From NCBI GenBank assembly GCA_039621445.1, contig CP154954.1, positions 20,384,642-20,448,641 on the forward strand: a DNA stretch of 64,000 nt, in the 5' to 3' direction. How positions within the stretch are numbered: position 1 is the stretch's first letter; every line of letters starts with the position of its first letter. The notes below the pieces were generated by a model. That model did no database searches, was not told the DNA's origin, and saw only the letters and a list, made by a program, of their open reading frames with translations. A program made the translations under genes and the position numbers. This document shows, piece by piece, positions 13,096 through 60,460 of this stretch. This DNA is from Euglena gracilis (lineage: Eukaryota).

Positions 13096-14148
13096 CCACC
13101 CGTAGGCGGTCACTGCACAAAATCTGGGGTTGTCTTTCGTTTCGAGGACGTCAGTCAATCCCCTTCAATGGGTTGGTAACAATTCAGTGGATGGTTTCCC
13201 ACATCGTTTTTTGCAAAATTAGCCAATACAGGTTACACCGAGTTGACTGCCTATTGAACACAAGTTACACCGCAAAAAGGGTGTGCTCTGTAACCTACGT
13301 ATCAAAACGCAGTTTTTGCGTGCCTCAAAAGGAGGTTTTCAGGTTTTTGCATTTTTGATTTTGGGCAAAATTTTATGGCGTTTTTTTAAAGGTTTTTTTT
13401 AAGGGGTTTCAAGGCGCCTTAAAAAACCCCTGGCCAGTGTCCCCCATTTTTTTGCCACCAGTGAAATCCTGCTTTTTGTCGCTGTAAAATCAAGATGTCT
13501 TTTTCTTGAAGTTTTGCAGACCACCAAGAGGCTGTTGACACGCTATTGGCACCCCCCTGTGTTGGTGGGTGCTATGGGCAGGCAGGGGACCCAGGAGGGG
13601 TGAGGTTTTCGGATGGGAAGCATTACACCCGCCGGAAGAGCTGGTGGCCTGAAAATGCCCACAGGGGAAATTCCTGGGCTGGAAGGGGCCAGAACCAAAA
13701 ACCAACCTTTGGGCGGGGGTTGTGCCTAATCAGGGCAATGTGTGCTTCCCCATACTATCAGGGAAGCACAAATCCCGCTGCTGGAAGCCAGGGGGGGGGG
13801 CTTGCCCAAATTTTCTCCTGGTATTACCAGGGGGTGTTCGATAGTGAGAGTGGATCTTGATTGCTGGTTCAGGAGGATCTAGGGCTGAACAGGAATCCTT
13901 GAAACCCTTTGGGTGGGGATGGGGGTCAATCCCCACACCCCCATCGCCGACCCAAATCACCACCCACATCTTCCATTTTCTTGGCGCCAAAGGCAACAAG
14001 TGTTCCTCATAATGCTATGGTTGGTAGACCTCCCCCAATCCCAGGCCTTCAGGTACAGGACCGTTTTCTTTTTTCAAGAGTTTTCGGCATATCAACAAGA
14101 TGCACAGAAATGGGCGATGGATGATTCCAGTTTGGGCTGTATCTAGAC

Positions 14149-14209
14149 CATATATCTCTGGAACGGAAGTGGAAGGAACCCCCTCCCCAGGTCAGTAAAA
14201 AATTGTATG
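14149..14209. mobile_element. 61-bp minimal MITE (CATA...TATG) with 8-bp TSD
   Basis: ATCTAGAC occurs at 14141-14148 and 14210-14217. The end GTAAAAAATTGTATG resembles the end of the repeat at ~30370-30385. Confidence 0.65.
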
Positions 14210-14771
14210 ATCTAGACCTACACCACCGGACGTAAATTTGATTTCTATTTCACACGGGGCAATGCATTTGAAATTGTTGAAATTATTTTCAAAGAATCCA
14301 TTTTCGGGCTTTAGAAATAATTTCAAAAAGGAACAATTTGATGGGCTCAGAAAATTGCATTCGCACATTGCTGGTCTTACCTTTGGGGGGGGGGATTGGG
14401 CATGGAAAAATTGGCTCAGGTAGTCAATGACAGAATCTGTGCTGTTAATGAATGCATGGGAGATATGCGAGAAGGAACAAGATGACCCAGAATTTCACCA
14501 AGTTGTTGTGTAACATGATGCATGATTTCAGCCGTAGATTCATTCACTGCCGACAGACATTTTTCTTTGGGCAATGACCATGTACCCAATTTTCTGCTCA
14601 CCCCCCCCCCCCGGAGGGATCGGCACACCTCACCCAGTCTAGAAATGTCTTCATTGAAGCACAATAATTTCATGAACAATTCAACCACTGCCAAAACTCA
14701 GAAGTGAAAATGGTTTAAAGTCTTGTTTTTACCATGTACAATATTGGTAATCAGCAGCATCTTTGGAGCAT

Positions 14772-40249
<25,478 letters not shown>

Positions 40250-41537
40250 GTCAATTTTGTTAATCTCAAGCGCCAGGTGGATGCCTGGCTTTGAGCCTTG
40301 CTCGGTTGAATTATCCAACAAACCAAACAGAACCTCTGGTCTACTGCGAACTTGGGTCTTTGCTGAAGGAACCGCCAGGCTTCTGCCGGCCCGAGAGGGA
40401 GGGGGGTGCCTTCTGTATTGACTGTCCCCCCAGTGGGGAGGGGGCAGGTTTTTGGATCCAGACTGGTCCGAAACCATTCAGATTCCTTCAAAATCGCCAC
40501 TTTTGGGTCCTCGCAACTTCAGCCTCAGTGATCTGCAACTTTGCAACATCCGACCCGAAACCAACCCCTCAGGGCAGAGATATCAAAAGGCCTTCCCTGT
40601 CCCTGCCGGCCCATTGCAACGAAGATCGTGAGATTAAATCAAAAGAAACGGCAACCTCGCCATGTCTGCTCTGTTTTGCACACTTCATTGCTCAGCCCCC
40701 TTCTTGTTGCACTGGTACCCCTGCGTGGCGGGCGCGTGGTGCATACCGTTAACCGCCGCCAGCCACCGTATCTTATCCATTCGATGCTGCCCAGAATACC
40801 CCCCAAAGATCGAGTGGAACACATCCGTGGGGCTCGAAGTCCACCATGGAGTCGTCAGCCGATGGACACCTTCTGCTGGTCTATCCTCCTGTTCAATGGA
40901 TGGGGAACGCTCCTGGTCAACTTCCAAAAGGGTAAAACCAAAAGACGTCAAGTTTCCCAGAGGTCCCTGGTTACTGTGAATTGTTCCCTGTGGTCCGGAC
41001 ACCCCCAAGCCGGAGGGGGGGAATCCACACCTCCCTCTGATCTGACAAACGTTTCAAACCCCACCTTGAAGACGATTAAGCAACGGCCGGCGTTGTGCTT
41101 TCCAAATTTATTAAACAAGCAGGAGAATGCACGCACGTCTGAAGGGACCGCACAGTATTGCAATGGTGCATTCGCAGTCTAGGCCCTCACTGGTCCCTGA
41201 GCGGAACGTGTGGGGGAATACGTGTGGGGGAGTGTGGACGGTGAGCCAATGCCGCTGAGCCCTCTGCTTCTCATATCATCAGGGGCAAGGCGGATGCAAT
41301 GCAAAAAAAATATTCAATGCAAAAAATATGCAATCGCATCCCCGCAGGCATCCAACGCAAGGATTGATGGTGGTATGGCTGCCACACTACCACTGCAGAA
41401 AATGTCCCCTCCCACCACAGGAAATGATGCTGCTGAGTGGCGCAAGCAGATATCTGGATCGCGGCTTGAGGTCCCAGGGCAATGGAGCGGTATACATGTG
41501 TGTCTTAAAGCAGTTCACAAAAATATTGAAATCCTTT

Positions 41538-42113
<576 letters not shown>

Positions 42114-42545
42114 TGCGGTGCATGAAATTCAATGAAACACACCTGTGGGCAGGATACGTGCGAACGGCTGTGGCTAACAGGTAAACCAGAGGGATGGGGG
42201 ATGGGAACGGTTGAGACAGGCTCACAGCTCAGCGGAGCGAAAAGGCTTTGGCGACGGAATGGGACCATATTTTGTGCAATTGAACAGAGGAGGGTGAAAA
42301 TTGGAGCACTCGAAACTAGGAAAATAAAAAAGATAATGGGGTGATGGTTTGCCGGAGGACTGGATCTGGGGGTGTGATCATCCAACACCATTGCAAACGA
42401 TGGCGTGTGATTTTCATTCACCAATGCCCATCACTTTTCTTGAACCTTCAGAGTGATAATAAGACTTCATTGATGGTCAGCAATTAGGAAATGGCAAAGA
42501 GCCTCAGGGCTTTGAGTTTAGTCTCTAAGTTGCTCCCACCACCTC

Positions 42546-49286
<6,741 letters not shown>

Positions 49287-52200
49287 CTGTCCGCTACAAA
49301 CAGGGGGGAAGGATTGCAAAAAAAAAAATCAGGATAATGCTGTTTTCATGCAGCATTATGCCTAAAAAAAAATGCAGAGTGAAAACAAACAAAATGGCTG
49401 TTTCGAATATACGGTCGGAAACCTGCAACTTTGGGCGGAAATCTAAAAGGTCCACGATAAAAACTGCCCAAAAATCGTCCAAAATGGTCGTTGAACTCGG
49501 ATTTGGTTGTGGAGCCAGAAAAGACAACAGATTGGCAGTTTGCCGATTGGCTAGCCACCCCCCCCCCCGGGGGTCCTTAAGCAAAAGCCTGGTAGGGCAC
49601 CGTCGACCCCGTGGGGGGGGGGGGGAGTCGGGTTTTGGGGTGGGTGGTGCTACGGCACACCCCCAGGGCACACCCCGCGGGATATTTTGCCTTGGTTGAG
49701 GGGTGTCGTTCAGGGGGGGGGGATGGTAGTCGCTAGCCACCATGGTAGCAAACAATTGGTCGATAAGTGACCGCCAAAAATTGCGCCAGACACTGGAAAA
49801 AATGGACTAGCTCCCCCGGGGGGGGGGGGGCCGGGGGTCCCCCCCCACTGAAAAAAAATTTTCCCTCCGGCGCTGCGCCCCGAGGTGGAAATGAGGTTTT
49901 TAAGAGGTTTTGCCTTTTCCCAAAAATGGCCAAAAACGGGCATTTTTGGCCATTTTTGGGGGTCCCCCAAAAAAACTCCGGCGCTTCGCGCCGGTCACTG
50001 GAAAAAAAATTCCACTAGCTAGCCCTGCTAGCAGACCCCCCCCCCCCGGGGGGTCTGCTAGAAATCCCACTAGCCAAATTTGGACTAGCTGCAGTCCAGC
50101 CCCCCCGGGGGGGCTGTGCCCTACCCCCTGCCTGCCCATAGCACTGACCCCGGGGGGTTATATAAAAATTGTAGGTATCACCCGAATACGGCCTGTATGC
50201 GGGTGACAACCCACGACTTTTCTGTAGCCGTGAACAGAAAAAACCGGCACCTGCCCTCCATTTTGTTGACATGCTTCACGCAGGCACTCCAAAAGGTGCT
50301 GTTCATGATTCAATGCCCTGATAATCGCGAACAAAAACGGTTCCTGTGAAAACAGCATTGTATTGTCTGGGATTGTGTCTGGGTAACCCGCTGGTCCTGG
50401 AAAACGAGATATGGGCTCAAGGCGAAGTGAGTGGGGGGGGGGGGCACTTTGGGGGGACCCCCCAAAGAGCCCATTGTGGGGTTTTCCCCCAAAAGCCCCC
50501 ACAATGCTTGGCACAATGTTTGTAGGGTGTGGGTGGACTGCCGAGAAAATTTTCATTATTTCTGAAAGGGTCTGTCACACAATATATGCCCCTATTGACC
50601 CTCTATCGCTCCGCATTTGCCGTTTTGGCCGCCGACATGCCTGGCTTTCGGCTTGTTTTCGTGGCCCAAACCGGCCATTTGGGGTGTTTGGGGGGGGGGG
50701 GTTGGTCAAAAAAATCGGTTTTTTTGATAAAGAAATCTCAACAATGAAGCAAAATGAAAGGAAATGTCCGGAGTCCAAAAATGAAATGGGATGCAACCAC
50801 GCTAAAAAAAATCCCAACTATCGATTTGACCTTTTTTTCGCCATTTTGGGTCAAAAATCAAAGGGGCGTTGTCCCCGTGCCCCCCCCCCTGACCACCCCC
50901 CAAGACCCCCCGACCCAGATTTGAGACCTCAAAAATTTTGACGGAAACCCCAAGCAATTTGGCCCTTTTTCGCGGTTTTGCAAGGCTCGTGCCGACCCCA
51001 AATCCCCCGTCACCCCCCGTGACCCCCCCAAACTTGTATGGGAATCCTGGGGGGGGGGGGGCCCCTCCCAAAACGGGGGGGGGGGGGGGGACCGCCCTCC
51101 GACCTCCAGTTTTCGGTCGACGAACTTCTCGCCATTGAGTGCAAAATTTCGGCCATTTTTTTGGGTCAAAAGAATCGGTTTTCCCGAAATTTATCAAAAA
51201 TGGTGGGGAATCAAAGGAAATGTCCGGATCCCTAAATTGAAGCCCACTAAATGCCCCATCTAACAGTATTTTGATTTCCCTGCAACTCCCTGCCCAGCCC
51301 GAGTTACAGCCATTTTTGGCCCATTTTGGCCATTTTGCCAAAATTTCATATTGAGCCTCAAGGGGATCCTGAAATACACACCCGGCGCGAAGCACAGCAA
51401 AAAAAATCCCCCCCCCCCCGCAGAGGAGGAAGAGGGGTGGGGGGACCCCCTTCTGAAACTGGGGGCGCACCACCTTACCCCCCTAGAGATGGGGGGTGAC
51501 CCCCCCTACCCACCTCATGTCTGCGGAACTTCCCATACAACCCTGACCCCCCCCTGCAACCCGGCCCACCCCAAAAAAAACTTAAAACATCTCCAAATGG
51601 TGGCCAATCAAAGGAAATAACCGGGGAGCTAAAAGCACCCCCACACAATCACAATCACATCACCCAATCACACCCCCAATCACATCCAAACAGGTGTAAA
51701 ATCAAACATTTTTGTGTCGACCACCGTAATTGGACTGTGACATCTTGACAGGCTTAATAATTTAGGTTGACGAGACAAAAATTGGGAAAGCAAAGGAACC
51801 CCCCGCAACCCCCCCCCCGCGTCGCAAAACCCCCCGGGCCTGACCCAGCCCAAGCAGGCCGGCGGCCTGGCACGGGTGCGCAGATGGCCCTGCAAGTCTA
51901 TGGCGGGTGATAAAGCGTCTTCGAGGCATTATTTTAGGTCCCCAGTGATTTCTCTTCATCCTGAAACAAAAGTCATGACATCCATTTGGCTAACACCGGC
52001 TCCTTCAAACCCCCAATTCGCCAATTGGGGGAGGGGACAATCGGGGGGGGGGGTCAAATAGGGTATATGAGGGATACTTACCAGTTTTTTTTTGCACAAA
52101 TAATCTCAAAAATTGCCAAATATCCCCAGATTTTGATTTGTTCTGCGTCTCAATAGTCAGAAAAAGCACCAAAAACACAAAAATGAGATGGCAGACCACA

Positions 52201-53589
52201 CAAAAGAGCATTTTTGCACTCCTCCCAAAACGGAGGATATTATCCTCTAATCCACCAATTTAATTTTTCTGGAGAAAGCCCGCCAGGCCTGAAATGTTGT
52301 AAAGAACCTTCATTTGGGATGGTTTTTTCACCCATCGAACGAAATATCTCCAAGGCAGGTATTCTGAGCAACCCTTTTTTCCAGCCTGCCACTTTTGCAA
52401 GATGATTCACCTTTTGCGAGAACTATGTCCGACACACCGGTTCGGGTGTGAAGCTGGCACCTGTGACCGGTGCCTGGGTTCGGGCTGCCCATGCTCCCCG
52501 CGTCCCCCCTCCCATCGTGGCTGAGCGAAGGGGGCCCCCCGATTTCAGGCTGAAATCCGGGTCAGCCACAGACATTCATTTAGCGTGGTTCACAAAGGCC
52601 CGGGGTGTGCCTGGGGGCGACCGCGGCGCCTTAACCTCCTCCTAACTCTTGGCCCAAACACATACCTTGACATAGAAAACCGGTCGTAACCTGGGAGGGG
52701 GGGGGACAGGGGGGGGGGGGGGCACGAGGAGATAACCCCACCGTCGGGCCAGGCCACCGGTCCGAGCCGGGCCACTGCATTGGTTTAAAAGAATTTTTTC
52801 TCAGGGGAGAGGCAAGACCAAAAAAAACTTTTCGTAGGACGACACATGCGAAAGACAAAAATTGAGATCGCTCATGTGTGGTCACGCTTCATGTGTTGGT
52901 CACAGGGGGGGGGGGAAGCTTACGAGGGGGCGTGGGGGGGTGGTCACGGGGGTGCACACCTGTCATCGCAAGAAAGGTTCCCATTGCACGAAATTTAACA
53001 AAAAAATGAGAAACCCGCCCTCTCAAAGTGTCACCCACCCCAAAGTGGCAAAAATTTTTGGCAAGGCCTGGTTTGCTCCCCTCAAAGCGGCCATTTTTTA
53101 ATAAGCGCCTTTGGCGCTGAAGGCAAAATTTTGATCCCCCCCCTGTGACCCCCCCCCCCCGTGACCTGGCCCACCCCCGATCTATTGTGCCAATATGGGG
53201 ATGTCAACCACCATTTTGGCCAATTTTCCTTTGGCAATTGGGGTGGATTGGACACGGGGGGGAGCTCAGCCCCTGGCAGGGTTCGATATAAGGACAGGTG
53301 GGGGGGGGGTGGTCCGGACCCCCCCTGCGGGCCAGGAGGGGGGGGGGTGGGGGGGACACCCCCCCACCTAAACCATGTACGCCCTCCTTATATCAAACCC
53401 TGCCCCCTGCTCACTGGGGGAAGTGAACTCCACAGGGGGGGGACAGGGTTGGATGGGAAGCTCCGCAGACATGAGGGAGGTGGTAGGGGGTCCCCACCAC
53501 CCCCCCCCCTCCTAGGGGGGGAGGTGGTAGGGGGTCGCTGAGCTCTTATCTCTTCAAAGTAAGAGCGAAGCTCACCCCTGGGGAAAAGG

Positions 53590-54980
53590 GGGGTCCAACC
53601 CCCCCTCCCCCCGCCCCCCTCGGGAACCGGCGGATTATCACCATGTTCCCGGCTCCGTTGGCGGATTTTTTTTTCAGTCCGAGCGACTCAAGTCGCGCAG
53701 CGACTGGATTTCAAGTTTCCGAATCACCTCCGTTTGACCCCAAACTCCCCGCCAGGCCCGAGTTATTCAAGCGCGAAGGGGTCCAAACTGGGTAGGATTG
53801 GCCCGCCCGCCCCCTCTTCCGACTCTGCCATTTTGCCGGAGTCCAAAAAACGGTCAAAAAATCAATTTTTCGAAAATACCTCGAGAAAACGTACATTATT
53901 TCGGAAGTGTCCCACTGACAAAATGTACCCCTGGAGGCCCAACCCCCCCATTCACCGTTTTGGCCGCCGACACACCTGGCCCGTGTTCCGGTGCACTTTT
54001 GCGGCCCAAAACGGCCATTTTTGGGGCCGTTTTTGGGCCAAAAAAAAAACGATTTTCCCAAAATATCTCGACAATGAAGCAAAATCAAAGAAAATGTCCG
54101 GAGAGCTAAAACGAAGCCCTTGGAATGCCCTATCCAACCATGGTTTACTTTCCCCCCAACTCTGCGTGTAGCCCGAGTTACGACCATTTTTCGGCCAATT
54201 TCTGGGGCCATTTTGGGCCGTTTTCGGGGTCAACAATTCGATGTTTCCAAAATATCTCGGAAATGAAGCAAAATCAAAGGAAATGCCCAAACTAAGCGAA
54301 TACTCAAGCCCTTGAAACGCCCTGGCTAACGGTATTTTGATTTCCCCGCAACTCCCCGCCTAGCCCGAAATATGGCCGATTTACGGCCCAAAACAGTGCG
54401 ACAGGTTTGCGCCTTAGCCGTTTTCGGCCCTGTTTTGGGTCAAAAAAAAAATTAATTTTTCTGAAATTTCTCAAAAATGGTGGGGAATCAAAGGAAATGT
54501 CTGGAGACCTAAATTTAAGCCCTTGGAACGACCCACCCAACAGTACCCTGATTTCCCCGCAATTCCCAGTCTTGCCCGAGTTACGGTCATCTTACGGCCA
54601 ATTTTGGCCATTTTGTACAGTTTTTGGCTTGCTTTGACTTTGCCGTTTTCGGGCATTTTTGGGTCAAAAAGTCGAAAAAAAAATCGAAAAAAATTACCCA
54701 AAACCAATGTTTTCGGGCCTCCCGGACCCAGAAAAACTGTTCTTGAGCCGAAAATGAGCGTTTTTTTGACCCGCCAGCGCCCCGTTTTGGGCCCGAAACC
54801 AATGGATTTCGGGTCAAAAACAGGTCGAAAAAATCGAAAAAAAAATCAAAAAAAATTGGCCCAAAACTATGTTTTTTGGCCTCCCGGACCCAGAAAAACT
54901 GTTTTTGAGCCGAAAATGAGCGTTTTTCGACCCGCCAGCGCCCTGTTTTTGGCCCTAAACCAATGGTGTTTGGGTCAAAA
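53590..54980. mobile_element. Inverted copy of the 5750-7100 dispersed repeat
   Basis: Shows reverse-complement similarity in several blocks; partial relatives occur at ~50700-51350. Confidence 0.7.
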
Positions 54981-57900
54981 ACTGGTTTTATTTATTATTT
55001 ATTATTCATTTCTTATTTATTATTTTTTTCTTCGAAAAATTGAAGGAAAAAATAAATGTAAATCTGCGAAATTTGCAGTCCTAGTCTTTTCTAACGTCCA
55101 TTATTGCGCAGCTCCTATTAAGAGCTCAGCACTGTTCAAAACCTGGTCCCCCACCCCCACCCCCTAGTTTCGGAAGGGGGTCCCCCCACCCCCATTGGAG
55201 AGTGAGCCATTTGTGCCCCAGGGCACCTCAAACACATCGAACCACCTTTAGGACGGGGGATATGGGGGTCAGTACAAACTTGCCAGACAGCCATACAGGG
55301 CCAAATTGCCAAAGCTTTCCTTTTGACTTTGGGTTTCCTTTTCCTTTGGATTTTGGGGGGTTTCAAATCCGGGTCACGGGGTGGTCACGGGGGGTCACGG
55401 GGGGGGTCATGGGGGGTCACCCATTGCGAACACTTTCTGAGTCTATTTTTTTCGGTATTTTTTTGTTCCATCCATGTGGACAAGGAAGCCAACAGCGTCA
55501 CGGGGGGGTCATGGGGACGACACCCCCATTTAAGCACATACCCCCCCTGAATGACCCCCCTCTTGTCCTGGCTAGGACCCTGGAGGGTTTTTTTGGCCCA
55601 TGAGAATTTTAATAAACATAGAGGGATAGTAGAGGTAGAGGTGACATCTACCTCTACCTCATTGCAGCTGCATGGGGGGATCTACAGAAATGTATGTATG
55701 ATGCCTCCCAAAAAACTGCTTTCTGATGTGTCTCGGGGGAGCTTGTTTGTGGGGGTTTTTCCGTGCGTCCCCCTCCCAGGGGGAGAATGTCATTCATGTG
55801 GGGTCCAAGTTTTAAAGGAAATGCATTGGACCGCCCACGGGTGGCTGAAAAATTTTCTGATCCGGGAGGGGGTCGTATCCGCATGAAGTGCTGGGGAGAT
55901 TTTTAGCCTTTTCGGGATTTTATTTTCTGTCGTTATGGGTTGGCAAGACCCCCCTACGGCACGACCGCCCTCCTGGAAAGTTCTCATCAGCCGCGTTGAC
56001 CCTCCCCATTTGCCACCCCCCACTTGGCGAAATGAACATCTCAAAAATATTTTGCCTTTTTTTGATATAATTTTCATCCCTTTCCCGTATTTTTGTCAGG
56101 GTTGGATAGAGGCAGAGGGATAATAGATGCAAACCCTGGGGGGGGGGATAATCAGGTCCGCCACCAAGCTGTTCCAGCTGAGGAAGGGGGGCGACTTCCA
56201 CCATATGGCGCCAAGAGCCAAGAATCACATCACATCTTCTCTCCCCAAAATTTAGGGGGAAGAATAATCAACCAATCTTTCCAATTCTGGGCCAAAAATG
56301 GGGGGATATTCGACCAGGGAAAACGTATGGTGATGTGCAGCAAGGTTCCCCAAACTTCCACAAAAAATATGCAACAAATGAGCATACTATTGCGCCGAAG
56401 GGCAATGGACCCGCAGGTGGTTGACCAGCTGAGGACATATTGCAAAATAGAAATCTGTGAGGGGGCAAAAAAATATCCCATGTGCATTGCCCATGTTTTG
56501 AAAGGAAAAAAATGCTTTTAGTGTTGGGGGTGACAACAAAAGACAAACTTGGTGGTTTTTTTCAAAAAATTATTTGAAAAAAAATACAAAAAAATAATAA
56601 TAAAAATGGAAGTTTCATTGAAAAACTCGCTACAAAACACCGAAATCAAACTTCGAATCCAACTGACTTCAAAACTGCCACATCCATCATTTTTTTTTGT
56701 GGAAGGAAGTTTTTGGCAGAAATGACCCAGAAGATGCCAAAGATGATTGAAATGTGCATTCAAAATTTGTGCAAAATTGAAGGGAAAAAAACAAGCATCC
56801 AAACAAACAATGTTAATTATATTATTTTTTATGTTTATTTAATGGACCATTCATCATGGGGGAGCACACGGCTGGCCGATGGCCAACAGACGGAAGCTAG
56901 GTGAGGTTGATGAGCTGATGTTGATTAGCTAATGCCTAATTTGGCGTTCGAGTTCCAAATTTTGAGTGGTAAATTCCTAATTTAGTATAAATTGGGTGGC
57001 AAATGCCTAATTTCATGTACAAATTCCTATTTTTGAGTGGCAAATGCCCAGTTTGGTGCAATTCCATGCGCGAGTTCGTTTTTGAGTGGCAAATGCCCAG
57101 TTTGGTGCAATTCCATGCGCGAGTTCGTTGCAGACACCTAATATTTTGATTGGTTAATGCCCAATTTTGTTCCTAATTCTGAGTGGGAAGTGCAAATGTG
57201 CAAACTGCTAATTTCAAGTGCAACTATTTTGGTGTCCTAACTCCAATGTTGGTACCCAACTGTACAAAACCCTCCATTTTCTTATTTTGCTTTCAAATTT
57301 TATACTGGAGGACCACTTTGGGCAATTTTGGTCATTTTATGCTTTTGACGTCAAAATTGAGCCATCTTCAACCATTATGGTCCGTTTTGAGGCCATTTTA
57401 CCCGTTCATGGCGGGACAGCAGTTGTACATTGTGTGCCTTCTCTGACAACTGCACTTTTTGGGGTGGAAAATCGCTCAACATTACCATTAAATGACCAAA
57501 AATTGGCCAAAAAAAATCCAAAGTTGGCAACATGGACAAAAAATGGCTTGGAAATACCCAAGAATGGCCGAAAAAGGCCAAACATATGGACACCACCAAC
57601 GATGTATATGAACTTCATGGAGGCTAGGTAGTCCATTTCGGGACTCTGGACCCCCTCCCCCCTCCCCCTTGTTCAGTTCACTTCGGAAATGAACAGGGGG
57701 GGGGGGGGGTCCCGAGACTACCTCATTTCTGGAGGGAAAAAAAAACTGAAAACCGGAACGACAGCCGCACACCGATCAAGGTACTTTTTAAAAAAAAATT
57801 GGCGCCTTCGGCGCCGGACCCCCCCCCTCCCCTCCATTTCCAGTTCAGTTCGGAAGTGAACGGGGGGGGGGGGGTCCCAGCTCCCCCCCTTCACCACGTT

Positions 57901-59574
57901 ATCTGGGACACAAATGGATAATGTTATCTGGTTTTGACGATTCAGAGATCGTTCTGGTTGATGAACGTGCAATATTGTTCACCCAAAAGGCCTGTTTCAG
58001 ACCTTTCTGTTTTGTAAAATCCAACAAAAGAAAATTTCTGTTTTCTAGGGTTTCTTATTCTAAAAGATGTGGTCCGGGTGGGGTTCAGCCCGCCAAGAGG
58101 CGGTGTTAATACAACCAATTTACCTTTAAAATATTTATGCATCTGCACCTCACAACCCAACAGCAAATAAAGAGTTCGTAGACGTCTGGTCTGCTCCTTG
58201 AAGTCTTTTCCATCCACCCAGAAAAAGGTCACCAGTCTCACGCAGAAGTGTCCACCGGGGCCCAACGAAAATGTCTATGGGGTTCTAAATTTTTCGTCCA
58301 TTGGTGACCAATAATTGTGTCCGGGGGAGGGGGGTTCTTGGGAACGAGGGACAACAAAATTTGTCCAGAAGGGATCTTCATTTTGTCCGAAATTCCCTAC
58401 TCAGGTGTCCGCTGAAAAGTCAACATGTCCAATTCAGATCGGGGGTCCCAGCCCCACCCCCCTGTGTACCTGGCTCCCTCTTGCATGGGCTGCGGTCCGA
58501 TACTCCCAGGTATTCTAATTTGTCCCGACACAATTTGTCAGATTTCTTGTCTTTTTGGACATTTAGTGAGGTGTGGCAAATTTTGTAAAGCAAAACATGG
58601 TTCGGAGCGGTGCAGGAGGATCACTCTGAACTAAAATCCGGGGCCTTGGAATGTGTATACGGATGTGCTAGGGGTGTGCACAGAGCTTTTTGGGAGGTAT
58701 TTGGTTGGATAGAAGAATGGGCAAAACCATTCTTCACCATTTGGTATGGCTTCGAAAGAAATTTTTTTTTGAGAAACAAAATAATTTCAACATAATCGCA
58801 ATCTCCGTTTTTCGGAAAGCATTTGAGGTCAGAGGTTTGAGAAAAGGAAAGGTGCATTTCCAATGTTTTCAATTCGCGTATTTTTTTAAAAAAGGATTTA
58901 GGCAGCTTTTTTTCACCAAACTTACAACAAGGCAATTTGGAACCACCCAGGAGAGAGCAGGACAAAATATTTGTCCTTCCTTTTGTTGCAGTTCTTCTTG
59001 TCAGGTTCAATGGGGAGAAAAACGGCCCGGTGCTCTCGCTGGTCATATGCTGGAGATGTGGCACCAAGATGTGGCACCAAACTCGCAACTGATTGGTGCA
59101 GGTCACGGGGAGGGGGGGTAGGTCAAGGGGGGGGCACGGGGGGGGGGCGGGTCACGGGGGGAACACCACATTTTTAGTGGCAAAATTAGGAATCACCGAG
59201 CCGGAATTTTTGGGAAAAATTCCACAAATTAGGAATCCCCACACCTGAAATTAGGATTTTGACACCAAATTAGGAATTACCAAGCCCAAATTCGAAAAAT
59301 TTACGCCTTAAAATTAGGAATCTGCCTGAGAATTTTCTTGAATTAGGCATCACCGGCCAAAAAAATTTCCCTACAAAATTTCGCCAAAAAAGATCCTTGT
59401 TCGGGTCAACGGGGGGTCACGGGGAGGGGTCACGGGTCATGGGGGGAACACCCCCATTGGGGGGACGGGAATAGCTCACTGTCAGGCCACCTCCCCCCCC
59501 CCAATTGACTATGGGACCTCTCCACGGGACCCTCCTTTTGGTCAATTTGGGGGGGGGTTCAATTAGGGGGGGTG

Positions 59575-60460
59575 CAGGGATCCTCACACGTCCGTGCTGG
59601 CCGAGGCCAAAATGTATCCGTGATTTTCCGTGATTTTCCGTGATTTTCTGTGATTTTCCATGAATTTCCTGTTTCCGGAAAAGGTCAAAAGTCACATTCC
59701 ATTCTGCACCGGAGCCATATTTGGGCAGTTGTGGCAGCAGATTGTTTCTCCATATTATAGTCCTGGAGATCCTCCAGGGCCTCGACAACAGCTGAAGCCA
59801 ATTCCAAGTGCTCAACCCCCAAGTTAGGCCTTTTGCAATCCAACTGAACGCATGCTACAACGTACATCTTCCCTTGCATACCCAACAAAATGTTTATGGT
59901 CGCATGCCCAGAACTGTGAGTCCATCCATCAATTCCTAAAAGTGAAAATGAAAAGGGTACAGGAGGGAAAAAACAACCTTTTGTCCTTGAATTTTTTTTA
60001 TTGATTGCCCCTAAATGGGTTGCCAAAACCCTGTCAGCGGACCAATATAGCGATTGACCCTTCTGGATGCAGCCTGGGCAGAAAGGTGGAAAATCATTTT
60101 CTGAATAAGCAAAAACCCACCCGTCCTCAATTTGTGTGTATTTTTGGAGAACACCTCTGTTGCTTTTGTGGTCCAATTTTGTGACCGGGAGACCAGAATG
60201 GAGGAAAGCGTGTGATTGTCTGAATGAGGTTTTGCTAGATCTGTTTGGAAAGGCAGAGAATGTGCAAAACATCCCATCAAAATGCATCTGCACAAACAAA
60301 GCACATTCAAAAAAGACCCAAAAATTTTTTCCGAACCCTCCGCCGCATCCGTGAATTTCCGTGATTTTGCGTGATTTCCGTGAAAATGGCCTTCTGCCCA
60401 TTTCCGTGATCCTCCGTGAATTTCCGTGAATTTCCTTTTCAGGACGTGTGAGGATCCCTG
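59575..60460 (-). mobile_element. Internally deleted hAT transposon with transposase fragment
   Basis: Perfect 19-bp TIR CAGGGATCCTCACACGTCC, flanks GGGGGGTG / GGGGGTGC, and subterminal TTTCCGTGA repeats. The minus-strand frame encodes SLLGIDGWTHSSGHATINILL, resembling the region around the first catalytic Asp of hAT transposases. Confidence 0.82.

Noticed and set aside
10620-14130. Candidate 5' exons of the GH31 gene (VVGYPPTESRLD at ~10624, IVLVRYAKPPQSDCD at ~10850, ECIVPHDL at ~11796, VQDRF at ~14053)
   Set aside because: I could not join them phase-consistently to the trefoil exon, and the 11796 candidate lies inside a transposon stack. Left unresolved.
40250-40930. Possible final GH31 exons (VNFVNLKRQ; IEWNTSVGLEVH; PMDTFCWSI)
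   Set aside because: Homology is weak and the frames conflict, so the stop codon cannot be placed.
57900-59050. Moderately complex sequence that might be a decayed transposase or gene (also 56090-56520)
   Set aside because: No recognisable motif was found in any frame, and there are multiple stops.
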